Below, piece by piece: positions 1 to 8,155 of a stretch of DNA of 17,131 bases. Within the stretch, counting starts at the first letter, position 1; the number at the start of each line of letters is the position of its first letter. The DNA is from a virus (taxonomy: Duplodnaviria > Heunggongvirae > Uroviricota > Caudoviricetes), in the IMG/VR virus record IMGVR_UViG_2698536372_000004; one strand, written 5' to 3'. The position numbers and the translations under genes are program-made. The notes below the pieces were generated by a model. That model was not told where the DNA came from. It made no database searches and worked only from the letters and a program-made list of their open reading frames with translations.

Positions 1-245
1 CATTCTGCTAATTTCAGCATTGCTTCTCTTTCGCTTAAACCACACGGAAAATCATCAAGCGATATTGTTGGCTTGAAGTTTCCCAAATTATCCATTTCAA
101 CGGTCAGATTTTGCTCCAGAACGGTATTTCTTACGCGGCTATTGTGCCGAAGCAAATATACTGAACGTGATTTATTGGTTTTGTGGTCGAACGTATATTC
201 GGTAAGTATCATCTGACTTCCGCCATGATTATTACCGCGCCACAT
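1..245 (-). CDS. Hypothetical protein, 5' part only (runs off the window start)
   Basis: Hand translation of the minus strand gives ATG at 245..243 preceded by GGAG 5 nt upstream, then an open frame (MWRGNNHGGSQMILTEYTFDHKTNKSR...) with no stop down to position 1. Not in the ORF track because it is incomplete. No family recognised. Confidence 0.4.
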   Translation of the reverse strand, partial: MWRGNNHGGSQMILTEYTFDHKTNKSRSVYLLRHNSRVRNTVLEQNLTVEMDNLGNFKPTISLDDFPCGLSEREAMLKLAE

Positions 246-268
246 AATTACTCCGTGTTAATTGAAAT

Positions 269-550
269 TTAGCTATTAATCTTCACTTTTATCGCGAACA
301 CCTTTACCGGTTTATCACCGAAGTGTGGATGTGTGATTGTTTTTATTTCATATCCGTTATACGGGACGTCAATTCTGCGACTGAAGTCTTCGCGCTTCGG
401 ATATCCCTTTGTGATAATCAGGCGGTCATACTTACAGTTAACGAGGCGCTTATTCCAGTAGTCATTACACAGGCGATACTCTTCCGTTTTCTCCCCGCGA
501 ATCATGGCATCGAAGTATTCACCTTTAACGGCAAGTTGCAGGTTAGCCAT
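269..550 (-). CDS. ASCH/PUA-like domain protein
   Basis: N-terminal motif LAVKGEYFDAMIRGEKTEEYR matches the ASCH pattern (Y/F-x-x-I-x-x-G-x-K-T-x-E-x-R). Likely start is ATG 550..548 (MANLQL), overlapping the upstream stop as TAATG, with a GGAGGTGAGG RBS. Confidence 0.6.
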   Translation of the reverse strand: MANLQLAVKGEYFDAMIRGEKTEEYRLCNDYWNKRLVNCKYDRLIITKGYPKREDFSRRIDVPYNGYEIKTITHPHFGDKPVKVFAIKVKINS

Positions 551-810
551 TACCTCACCTCCAGTCTCCATACCGCCTGACCAATCCGGCTGGCATGGGT
601 ATCTTTGGATACTGTTCCGTCTTTAGCCAGCTCCATAAGAATTTTGCGCAAATCTGCCGAACGCCATTCTTCATCAGGAAATTCCTTCTCCATTGCCAAC
701 CGCAGATTCCAGGTTGCCATCCTGAATGGATATTCCCCGCCGAGAGCTTTATCTTGCAGGGCAGCCCGGGAACGCATCACCTGCAAAACCTTCTCTTTTA
801 CATCCATCAT
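550..810 (-). CDS. Hypothetical small protein, possible winged-helix fold
   Basis: Track ORF 550..954 trimmed to the internal ATG at 810..808, which overlaps the upstream DUF551 stop as ATGA and follows an AGGAGG RBS. C-terminal LRKILMELAKDGTVSK...RIGQAVWRL looks wHTH-like; weak call. Confidence 0.4.
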   Translation of the reverse strand: MMDVKEKVLQVMRSRAALQDKALGGEYPFRMATWNLRLAMEKEFPDEEWRSADLRKILMELAKDGTVSKDTHASRIGQAVWRLEVR

Positions 811-1433
811 TTCGCCTCCTGCGGCGGTTCTGGTAGCGGCATCCAGAACAAGGCGTTCCCTAACCACGATAAAGTGCCGTCGCTCAACTCCACGTATTCC
901 CCTTGTACCTGTCCTGCCATATACTCGCCGTGCTTTGAATAAATTAAAATCCAATCATCTTGAGGTGGCATTCGCTCACTACAGCTTATCCAACCATCCG
1001 GAGTTACCGGAGAGTTGCCGGGTTCTTTAATGTGCAAGCGAGGCTCACCATCTTTTGGTTCAGGCCACTGGCGCTTCATGTTGATCTTCAATTTATCTTC
1101 CATAGCAGCGGTAATTTCAGCATCGCTGATGCCAGCACGGCGCTGTGCATCCCACAACAGAAACTGCATATCAGCCCACTCGCCAAGATCGTCTGGTTCG
1201 GCTGCGGCTTCCAGTGCCTCTTTTGAGAGATGTTTCAGCGGACCAATGGGGCCAACGCAGCCAAATGTGGAGTCAGACCATTTGGCATGCTCGTGGCGAA
1301 TCTGTTCGCGTTCCAGTGATGCCAGTGCAATTCGTGCCAGCTCACGAATCTCACCGCCGTCTATATCGTCAATGTCATCACGGCCATAAATGTTAGCCAG
1401 CCATTGCAGTCGCTCTTTGGTAATAGTGATCAT
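807..1433 (-). CDS. DUF551-family phage protein
   Basis: C-terminal WISCSERMPP...WILIY...FWMPLPEPP is the characteristic DUF551 signature. Start overlaps the upstream stop (ATGA). Confidence 0.7.
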   Translation of the reverse strand: MITITKERLQWLANIYGRDDIDDIDGGEIRELARIALASLEREQIRHEHAKWSDSTFGCVGPIGPLKHLSKEALEAAAEPDDLGEWADMQFLLWDAQRRAGISDAEITAAMEDKLKINMKRQWPEPKDGEPRLHIKEPGNSPVTPDGWISCSERMPPQDDWILIYSKHGEYMAGQVQGEYVELSDGTLSWLGNALFWMPLPEPPQEAK

Positions 1434-1945
1434 GCCGCGTTTCCTTCTTTCTTATTAACAATTACACCGTCATATATTTCATTAAGGTGCCCTCTCAACT
1501 CCATGCGCCTTAATGCAGACAACATGTAATCGCATTCAACCTGCTTATTCCCAATAAAAGGTTTATCTTCAGGGTTACCCCAACAGCAATTCCCCTTGGG
1601 CCATCCATGTACTTTCCGTACTCTTCCGTTAACAACGTGAAGTAATCCCCAGCCAGGTGGTAAATCCTCAATTGAAATAATTCCCGGCTCACTAATAAAG
1701 AATCGCCAGTCGCCCATTCCAAGAGACGGATTTTTACGAAAACGCTTTTTTCTATCTGCCAACAAGTCAGCACGAGAACATTTCGCCTCTATCAGGCATG
1801 ATGCTGAATTTCTGAATCCCATAGCATCTGGCTGTTCTCCGGTACTGGTTACAGCTATAAAGCGGTCATGAAAACAAACCTTGAACCCGTTGCGCTTAAG
1901 GAACTTGTACGCAATCTGACAGAGTTCGCGGTGTGTTAACGCCAT
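1430..1945 (-). CDS. MmcB-like PD-(D/E)xK nuclease-fold protein
   Basis: Motif QPDAMGF...CLIEAKCSRADL fits PD-(D/E)xK with the E-x-K-x-S-R-x-D pattern of MmcB-like proteins. Confidence 0.55.
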   Translation of the reverse strand: MALTHRELCQIAYKFLKRNGFKVCFHDRFIAVTSTGEQPDAMGFRNSASCLIEAKCSRADLLADRKKRFRKNPSLGMGDWRFFISEPGIISIEDLPPGWGLLHVVNGRVRKVHGWPKGNCCWGNPEDKPFIGNKQVECDYMLSALRRMELRGHLNEIYDGVIVNKKEGNAA

Positions 1946-1946
1946 A

Positions 1947-2759
1947 TCACTCTCCTTTGATGCGAATGCCAGCGGCGCGGATTGCAGCGATGACTTCAGA
2001 AACTTTGTATGCCATTACCGTTTGGTAATCATCGTGATAATCTGTTCGATGAAGCATGCTGCTACGTTCCGGGAGCGATATTTCCCGAGCATCCAGTTCC
2101 TTAACGCGTTCCTCCAGTTCGTAGACCCTGCATTGTTCTCTATCATCAATCAGATATAACCCAAGACATTCGCTTTCTACCCAACCGCCAAAATCATGAT
2201 CGTAACGCTCACATGAAAACTCACCGTCACCGTCCTTTGTTGGAATGGTGTAACTATCTAATGGGCCACCATATGTCGGCACATTCCCCAATGTTGGATG
2301 CTCAATCCACATGAAAAATGCACGTCCGGTTATTGGGCAAATATCTGGCCGCCATTGGTTACGAACAGCCTTGGTTTCGGATAATTCTTCAGCGTGTTGT
2401 TTTACTTCCTCAAGCTCAACTCTCAGCTTCCCAACCGTAAGAGCAATATCCTCGTTCTCCTGGTCGCGGCGTTTGATGTATTGCTGGTTTCTTTCCCGTT
2501 CATCCAGCAGTGCCAGCACGGTAGCCGGATTGGCCTCTGCTATGAATTCAGCGTTTGCATAAGCCTGAGCATCTGTTTCAACCAGGCAGTTAACGTGACA
2601 TTCTGCAATTACGCCACCGGGTTCTCCTTTCCATTTTTGACAAACAAAAACTCCTGTTAAATTGCCGTGCTGGTTAACAGATGTATGCCCTACGATGTAG
2701 CTTCCTTTAGTTGCTTTCTCTGCCTTTTCACGCAGTGCCTGAAAGTCAATCTTGCTCAC
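1947..2759 (-). CDS. Ead/Ea22-like protein
   Basis: N-terminus SKIDFQALREKAEKATKG and ANPATVLALLDE match the Ead/Ea22 family of lambdoid early-left regions. Probable GTG start at 2759..2757 (RBS GGAGG 6 nt upstream), overlapping the upstream stop as GTGA; the track ORF extends to 2792. Confidence 0.6.
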   Translation of the reverse strand: MSKIDFQALREKAEKATKGSYIVGHTSVNQHGNLTGVFVCQKWKGEPGGVIAECHVNCLVETDAQAYANAEFIAEANPATVLALLDERERNQQYIKRRDQENEDIALTVGKLRVELEEVKQHAEELSETKAVRNQWRPDICPITGRAFFMWIEHPTLGNVPTYGGPLDSYTIPTKDGDGEFSCERYDHDFGGWVESECLGLYLIDDREQCRVYELEERVKELDAREISLPERSSMLHRTDYHDDYQTVMAYKVSEVIAAIRAAGIRIKGE

Positions 2760-3439
2760 TGGTTGCCTCCTTTGCGAAGCTGTTCCGCACAATGCAGCAG
2801 GGCGTCCGTCGCTTCTTTCACCGTAACGATGTCGCCATCGTCCAGCCCGACAACCGTCGCGTCCTTAACGAACACCGAGCAAAGGTCATTAAACGCCTGC
2901 GCCCGCACTTCAGCCAGGAAAGCGTCGGTGGCTGGCGTTTCCCGTGAACGATAAGACCAAACAATGTCGTCTGTTTCACTGGGTTCTTCATGAGAGCAAT
3001 TTGGGCAGACAGCAGTACAACCAGCATGATCTTCTATGAGCATCTTCAGCCACGAGTTCTCCTCCGCCAGCGTCACGCGACTGGCCTCCAGTTCTGCTAC
3101 GCGCTGTTTTGCAGCATCCAGTTCAATCGACAATTTTTCCAACTGCTCTTTATGCTTTTTATATTCCTGATATGCGTGCCAAGACTGACCTTTGCGCACA
3201 CTATCAGTGATATCAGCAACCTGCTCTGGTGTTAGCGTGGTCAGTGGCTGTGCTGGGAAAATAAGCACTTTCCCGGAATCCCAATCAAAACCAGCGTGAA
3301 TTGACTGAACCTCAACTGAGGGTGTTGAACCAATGCTGCCAGGCGAATGAACAACGATTGTTACATCCATATCGCGACGATGGCTGTGGTTGTTGGACAA
3401 AATACGATTCACCAACTCAGAAAATTTGGAAAATTTCAT
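2756..3439 (-). CDS. Ea22-like paralog with coiled-coil middle
   Basis: Shares the ETPATDAFLAE(V/I)RA segment and the C-terminal AEQ(L/I)RKG..Q with the gene at 3723..4316, at both protein and DNA level. ATGA overlap with the upstream gene. Confidence 0.5.
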   Translation of the reverse strand: MKFSKFSELVNRILSNNHSHRRDMDVTIVVHSPGSIGSTPSVEVQSIHAGFDWDSGKVLIFPAQPLTTLTPEQVADITDSVRKGQSWHAYQEYKKHKEQLEKLSIELDAAKQRVAELEASRVTLAEENSWLKMLIEDHAGCTAVCPNCSHEEPSETDDIVWSYRSRETPATDAFLAEVRAQAFNDLCSVFVKDATVVGLDDGDIVTVKEATDALLHCAEQLRKGGNQ

Positions 3440-3726
3440 GCTGATTCCCCTTTCTCTGCTCTCTCCTGTCGGAACATCACTATCATCAGGTCGCCTTTTG
3501 TCGCTATCCTAGCTGTTGTACCTGGTTCAATGCGGCTAAGCTCAAATGCGTCATAGAACGCTTCTAATGCCTTCTGGCGTAGTTCCTGTTTGCGCCGTTT
3601 TTTCCACTGTTTTAGGAAAATGGAACCCAGCCATCGCCATGTACGGGACATGATGAAAAGCCAACCGAGAAGTGCCAGACCGGTATTTAGGAGCGTATCG
3701 ATCGTTATTGTCGTGTCGATATTCAC
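3436..3726 (-). CDS. Small predicted membrane protein
   Basis: Hydrophobic helix TLLNTGLALLGWLFIM followed by a basic stretch (KQWKKRRKQELRQK). GTG at 3726..3724 with an AGGAAG RBS 6 nt upstream and GTGA overlap with the upstream stop is preferred over the unsupported ATG at 3759. Confidence 0.4.
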   Translation of the reverse strand: MNIDTTITIDTLLNTGLALLGWLFIMSRTWRWLGSIFLKQWKKRRKQELRQKALEAFYDAFELSRIEPGTTARIATKGDLMIVMFRQERAEKGESA

Positions 3727-4316
3727 TGGCTGCTTCCTTTGCGAATCTGTTCCGCCCATTCTTCAAGGGATTTCTCCGCATATTCACCAGACAGGCCATC
3801 AATCGGATGCGCTTCATTAGCCAACTCTTCTTTCGCTGACAAAATCATGCGTGTAACGTCGAAAACTTCACGCAAAGACTTATTGATAAATCCGTGATTG
3901 AACGCAGCAGCAAGACGGCTGGCGGTATAGTTAATCCCCTCGTTGCGTGCTTCCGCACGAATTTCAGCCAGAAAAGCATCGGTAGCTGGAGTTTCGCTGT
4001 GGTGTAGGGCATCGTTGATAATCATTGCAGCAACACCAGCCTGCCCTGCATCCGTGACCGACACATGCTCAAGAGTTACGGCCATTGCGTGTTTCAGTCC
4101 GGCGTTCTCTGCCACCAGCGCCGCGAGATTAGTCTCAAGCTCTGCAATACGGCACATAGCATCAATATTTGTGTCTTCCAGCCGCTTAATTTCATCCAGT
4201 AGTGCCAGTGCCACCGATGGCGTGAACGCCATACGAAACGCCACAAAATTTTGATGCATAGGTTCTGTTTCTACTGCAACTGCCGCATCTCGCAGTGCCT
4301 GATAGTCAATTGTCAT
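3723..4316 (-). CDS. Ead/Ea22-like protein
   Basis: TIDYQALRDAA and ALALLDE motifs plus the shared ETPATDAFLAEIRA segment. Likely start is ATG 4316..4314, overlapping the upstream stop (ATGA). Confidence 0.55.
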   Translation of the reverse strand: MTIDYQALRDAAVAVETEPMHQNFVAFRMAFTPSVALALLDEIKRLEDTNIDAMCRIAELETNLAALVAENAGLKHAMAVTLEHVSVTDAGQAGVAAMIINDALHHSETPATDAFLAEIRAEARNEGINYTASRLAAAFNHGFINKSLREVFDVTRMILSAKEELANEAHPIDGLSGEYAEKSLEEWAEQIRKGSSQ

Positions 4317-4957
4317 TCTCGCCATCCTTCACAGTTGTAATCACTACAGCCTTCAAAATCATATGGGCTGTACTGCCAGGTTATTTTTCCGCAATGCGGA
4401 CAATTCCAACGCACCTTCCCGCTTCGCGACTTCTTTCTTCTGTTCTGCTCTTTCAACCAGTCAGGCATGACCAAACCTGCGCCCTGAACCATTGTTCTGC
4501 GGTTAAAGTTATTGATATTGAACGTCCGACGCTTTGCTGCATCAGCAATGGAAAATGGCAACCAAACTATTCCTGGTTCGTTTTTGTTGGCGACGCTAAA
4601 GATGGTCGCTTTACTGAAGTCATCTGTTGGCAATCCACCGTGTTGAAGCCAGTAAACATCGTTGCCGTTCCAGCTACCTTTTTTGTAGGCCACATACGCA
4701 GTGCAATCTGACTCAATCAGGCTTTCTGTAGGGATGTACTGGCAATCAACGTGCCACACAGCCATTGCATCCACACTATCGGCACAAACAGGCTGATCGA
4801 TATCTCGCCCACAATTCCAGGCTTTTTGGGCTTCTTCCAGCGTGTAAACATGAGCGCGATCGATATCAGAACTGTAACCATTGCCGTTATGGCAATGGAA
4901 TGAGGCGTTATTACCCACAGTTTCACGCAAGCACATCATGTAAAAACGGTTACTCAC
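4313..4957 (-). CDS. Hypothetical protein with C-terminal Cys cluster (putative zinc ribbon)
   Basis: GTG start at 4957 with a GGGAGG RBS 6 nt upstream. C-terminus WNCPHCGKITWQYSPYDFEGCSDYNCEGW is a CxxC...C...C pattern. No family recognised. Confidence 0.45.
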   Translation of the reverse strand: MSNRFYMMCLRETVGNNASFHCHNGNGYSSDIDRAHVYTLEEAQKAWNCGRDIDQPVCADSVDAMAVWHVDCQYIPTESLIESDCTAYVAYKKGSWNGNDVYWLQHGGLPTDDFSKATIFSVANKNEPGIVWLPFSIADAAKRRTFNINNFNRRTMVQGAGLVMPDWLKEQNRRKKSRSGKVRWNCPHCGKITWQYSPYDFEGCSDYNCEGWRE

Positions 4958-5165
4958 TGGATGCCTCCCAGCAAATTTGTCTTATATAAGAACTGTTAAC
5001 GCGCTTTACTTTCCCGTCGAACTCCAGTTTCTTTAGACGACGCAAAACGTATGCCGTTTTGAGTGTGCGATATTTATCCCTAAGCCAGTTGGTCACGACG
5101 TAAGTCATACAGCGCCCGTGTTCTTCCAACACCCGAACTATTTCTTCGTCGGTTGGCTTGCTCAT
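4950..5165 (-). CDS. Small putative winged-helix DNA-binding protein
   Basis: 71 aa. The pattern CMTYVVTNWLRDKY...AYVLRRLKKLEFDGKVKRV resembles a wHTH recognition helix and wing. ATGA overlap with the upstream gene. Confidence 0.4.
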   Translation of the reverse strand: MSKPTDEEIVRVLEEHGRCMTYVVTNWLRDKYRTLKTAYVLRRLKKLEFDGKVKRVNSSYIRQICWEASSE

Positions 5166-5383
5166 TTTGTCGCTCCTTCAGCTTTCTCTACTTTCGCTGC
5201 CATGATTTCCAGCTTTTGTGCTGCCGATACCGCTAACCTGTGAAATTCTTCATCTGTTTCAACTGGAATTGGTACAAACCTGACACCAATTTGAGCAAGG
5301 CTATGCGCCATTTCGAGACTTGCTCTTAACTCTGCTGGGGATGCTTTATTCAGGCCGACTTCCTCACAAATAACTGATTGCAT
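5162..5383 (-). CDS. Hypothetical small protein
   Basis: 73-aa ORF in the operon frame with RBS AGGGCGAG before ATG 5383. No family recognised. Confidence 0.4.
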   Translation of the reverse strand: MQSVICEEVGLNKASPAELRASLEMAHSLAQIGVRFVPIPVETDEEFHRLAVSAAQKLEIMAAKVEKAEGATK

Positions 5384-5392
5384 ACGCTCGCC

Positions 5393-6118
5393 CTACTGAA
5401 TACGCTCAAACTCGATTACCCAAACCCAGGGATTAGCGCTCCAGCTTTCTTCGCCGTAGATGGATTCCCACAGGCGCTGGAACGCAACCTTGGCCATTGC
5501 GAAATCCCCCTTGGGAGTAAGGAATGTTCCCGGGTGATCAGGAAGCAAACTTCCAGCAGGCGGAACACCCTCATCCCTTGCATCGCATTCGCTGATATCG
5601 TTCAACCGCTCAACGCGCACGTTGGTAATTTCCAACAGGATGCGTGATGCCCATCGCGGCATGTGAATTGATGGACGCCACCCACCATCAAACTTTTCAT
5701 TCACAGTGTGAGGTTTCCAGTCGGCATCATCGGGTATCGACCATAAACCGTAATCACCAGGCTTTTGCTCACAACTGGCCCGATAAATCCTTGCTGCGTT
5801 CTTCTCATCGCCACGACAAAGGTTGTCGTTCCAGTCCACACTGCAACCATCTTCATTGCCTAATATCGCCCATGTTTCACGAACCCAAATTCGATCGCCG
5901 ACGATACCAAAGGGGCAATTGAAAACACTGCTTACACCATCAGCCCCGTACCACTGAAAACCTGCACCAATTTTTCTAACCATCACTGGTGCTTCTGGAC
6001 CAACTTCCGCAGGCTGATTTTTCATTATCCGCCGCGTCTGCGTTTTCCTTCCTTCGAGGATGGCCCGGACCATCTCATCGTTAAAAATCATGCCGCGCTT
6101 TTTCACTTCGCCTTTCAT
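5393..6118 (-). CDS. PUA/ASCH-like domain protein
   Basis: N-terminal MIFNDEMVRAILEGRKTQTRR followed by GDRIWVRETW fits the ASCH/PUA-like beta-barrel signature. RBS AAGGGGGA overlaps the stop of the upstream micro-ORF. Confidence 0.45.
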   Translation of the reverse strand: MKGEVKKRGMIFNDEMVRAILEGRKTQTRRIMKNQPAEVGPEAPVMVRKIGAGFQWYGADGVSSVFNCPFGIVGDRIWVRETWAILGNEDGCSVDWNDNLCRGDEKNAARIYRASCEQKPGDYGLWSIPDDADWKPHTVNEKFDGGWRPSIHMPRWASRILLEITNVRVERLNDISECDARDEGVPPAGSLLPDHPGTFLTPKGDFAMAKVAFQRLWESIYGEESWSANPWVWVIEFERIQ

Positions 6119-6127
6119 GCATCCCCC

Positions 6128-6214
6128 TTACCCATGTGCGACGATGCCGCCAAAAGTGATAGAGAACAGCCAGAAATAGATCGCGGCCATAATGATTTTG
6201 AATGCCGTGTTCAT
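6128..6214 (-). CDS. Unannotated 28-codon hydrophobic micro-ORF (MNTAFKIIMAAIYFWLFSITFGGIVAHG)
   Basis: Found by hand translation; below the ORF-track size cutoff. ATG 6214..6212 follows an AGGAG RBS at 8-nt spacing. Its TAA stop (6130..6128) sits inside the RBS of the next gene, suggesting coupled translation. One predicted transmembrane helix. Confidence 0.3.
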   Translation of the reverse strand: MNTAFKIIMAAIYFWLFSITFGGIVAHG

Positions 6215-6241
6215 ATTTTCAGCTCCTGTGATTGATTGGAT

Positions 6242-6273
6242 ACATGCCGCGCCTTGCGGCATGTTTTTATTTT
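6242..6273 (+). terminator. Plus-strand-oriented terminator-like hairpin inside the minus-strand operon
   Basis: ACATGCCGC - GCCTT - GCGGCATGT (9-bp stem) followed by TTTTTATTTT on the plus strand. In minus-strand sense an A-run precedes it and no U-run follows, so it is not a terminator for the operon that contains it. Confidence 0.45.
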
Positions 6274-6283
6274 CACTTTCTCT

Positions 6284-6313
6284 GTTTTAAAAATCAAGAT
6301 TTATTAGAGCAAT
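6284..6313. repeat. 30-bp repeat unit, copy A (GTTTTAAAAAT-N6-TTATTAGAGCAAT)
   Basis: 26 of 30 positions identical to copy B at 8425..8454. The 13-bp core TTATTAGAGCAAT is identical; its last base is the first base of the stop codon of the gene at 6313..6819. Confidence 0.8.
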
Positions 6314-6819
6314 TATTGTTGGTGGAGAAGCGCGTTTTCATACTCCCTGACCATTAACGTAAGTACGCCGTGACTCCTGAAAACACGCGCCACTTCAATC
6401 TTATCTTCCAGCGCGAACGCAATTTTACTTAGACCAATTTTCTTCAGGAGATCAATCTTTGCTGGACCGTCATTTCTGTCATCGGTGGCAGGACGCATAG
6501 ATAGCAAAGGCTCAGCCCCATTTGTTACGTGCTTACGCAACCAGGCTCGTGTTTTATCCCTGGCTATCTCACAGCGCCCGGTTACAAACCAGAGGGTGTA
6601 AATGCCGGACAACTGGCGCACCATATCAATAACTGGAGTGATGGGAGCATCAGTGTCACAGGCAAGGTTAAACTCGTTCCAGTGCTCTGTTAATGCACCT
6701 TTGCCAGGTGGTGGAAGTAAATGCAGCCTGTCTTCCGTTGCCTCTGATATCGTCCCATAAATATCTACTATGACGATGTACGGACGTTCCTGGTGTGCGT
6801 GTTTATTGAAAATACTCAA
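6313..6819 (-). CDS. HAD-fold protein resembling the T4 polynucleotide kinase 3'-phosphatase domain; motif I degenerate
   Basis: From recalled T4 Pnk sequence: CDTD..I.P, VTGR(C/E), TR.W and the block ending AL(E/D)D(K/R)..V..F...GV all align. Motif I is VDIYGT rather than DxDGT, so the second Asp is replaced by Tyr. Apparent TTG start at 6819 after a GAGGAGGG RBS. Confidence 0.5.
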   Translation of the reverse strand: MSIFNKHAHQERPYIVIVDIYGTISEATEDRLHLLPPPGKGALTEHWNEFNLACDTDAPITPVIDMVRQLSGIYTLWFVTGRCEIARDKTRAWLRKHVTNGAEPLLSMRPATDDRNDGPAKIDLLKKIGLSKIAFALEDKIEVARVFRSHGVLTLMVREYENALLHQQ

Positions 6820-6835
6820 ATGCCCTCCTCATTGG

Positions 6836-6872
6836 ACGAAAAAAATGCTGGTGGGCGCACTCCACCAGCATT
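6836..6872 (-). terminator. Intrinsic terminator within the minus-strand operon
   Basis: Perfect 11-bp stem (AATGCTGGTGG / CCACCAGCATT) with a 7-nt loop, followed in minus-strand sense by UUUUUUU. The next gene's RBS and start are only about 17 nt further on. Confidence 0.7.
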
Positions 6873-6891
6873 AAATGTGACACTGTAACTA

Positions 6892-8154
6892 TCAGCGAAC
6901 GTAAATAGTGCCGCCGTTCTCTTTTTCCCATGCATCGCTACGTGCATAGCAAACATCGAGAAGTCTTCTTGCCGCAGTTTCCTCTAAACCCAATTCAACA
7001 ACCAACTGCTCATGACGGCGGGTAACTACATCAAATAGGCTATGCAGCCCTTTATTGGCCAGTTCATCAATGAATTCCGGTTCGAACGGCAGCTCTGCCT
7101 CTGCCAACATAACCTCTTGCGCCCACTCAACTCGACGGACCAGTTCCGGGCGGCGGCTTTCCATCTCTTTACAGATCAATTCATGGAAGAACTCTACCCA
7201 ACCTTCCGGCTGGAACTCGCGGAAAATGGCCAGCGGCTGGAAGTTTGGCATCAACCATTCGTTGATTCGGATATCAATGGCATAGCCCATGTCGCAGCAG
7301 AACTGATAAGCAAAGTCCAGCTTAGAAACGATATAAGGACGCTCGTTATTGAACTCTTTAGGCGATGAGATCCCATAAGCCAGGAGGCGCGGGAAGAAGG
7401 AGATTTGCCCTAACGTCGGATGAAGTTTGCTTGCAGGGAAACGGCGCTCAGTAATGCCATACATTTCCTTCTTGAGCGTCGCAAATTTGGCATTCTCATT
7501 AACCAGCGCGGTAACCTCTGCTTTTTTATTAGCAAATGCCACGCGCGCTTCGCTTGCATCTTTAATAGTTTTTTTGAGCTGTTGGTTAAGGTCGGCGACC
7601 TGCTTACGCAGTTCCTGTCGCTCGCTTTTAGCTTTGTTATAGCGTTTCTCAAGGTTAAAAGGATCAAGTTTCATGATCTCTTTATATTGAGATTTTAGCG
7701 TTGAAATCTGTGAGTTCCGCAGTTCAACCATCGCGGTCATTTCATTGAGTTTTGTTTCCAGCTCAATGCTTATACGTTCGGCATTATCAGCACGCTGGTT
7801 GGCGTCATGCGTCGCATCGTCGATCGCGTCCTGTTGCTGGCGTTTCAAATGTTCAATTTGCAGCTGAAGCTCTTCAATTTCTTTACCCTTCAGACCGAGA
7901 TCCAACTGCATATTTTCAGCTGCATCTACCAGGGAGTTATGGCTATCAGCTTCTGCGTTATAAACATCAATAAGCTGTGCGTGAAGCATCTCCGCTGACT
8001 GAACCGCATTATCAAAAAAACGTGCTGTGAGGTCATCACAACTAACGCGGCGTTGCGCGGCCCGGATGTTCTGGATAATGGCCGGGATACCGGCATTCAG
8101 GACATCAGGGATAGATACATTTTCGATTGATTGGTTTTGTGCTGAAGTGCTCAT
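6892..8154 (-). CDS. Hypothetical 420-aa protein: N-terminal coiled coil, C-terminal globular domain of unknown function
   Basis: Residues ~40-230 are Q/E/K/L-rich with heptad character; the C-terminal ~190 aa match no motif I recognise. Start ATG at 8154 lies 1 nt after the upstream stop (TGAAATG). Confidence 0.55.
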   Translation of the reverse strand: MSTSAQNQSIENVSIPDVLNAGIPAIIQNIRAAQRRVSCDDLTARFFDNAVQSAEMLHAQLIDVYNAEADSHNSLVDAAENMQLDLGLKGKEIEELQLQIEHLKRQQQDAIDDATHDANQRADNAERISIELETKLNEMTAMVELRNSQISTLKSQYKEIMKLDPFNLEKRYNKAKSERQELRKQVADLNQQLKKTIKDASEARVAFANKKAEVTALVNENAKFATLKKEMYGITERRFPASKLHPTLGQISFFPRLLAYGISSPKEFNNERPYIVSKLDFAYQFCCDMGYAIDIRINEWLMPNFQPLAIFREFQPEGWVEFFHELICKEMESRRPELVRRVEWAQEVMLAEAELPFEPEFIDELANKGLHSLFDVVTRRHEQLVVELGLEETAARRLLDVCYARSDAWEKENGGTIYVR

Positions 8155-8155
8155 T

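Noticed and set aside
7042-7368. Plus-strand ORFs lying antisense within the minus-strand operon (for example 7042..7368, 7420..7698, 595..942, 605..1030, 2311..2562, 9265..9492, 9506..9751)
   Set aside because: They sit entirely inside better-supported minus-strand genes that carry recognisable motifs, RBSs and coupled junctions. They lack RBSs and have low-complexity or biased composition typical of antisense frames.
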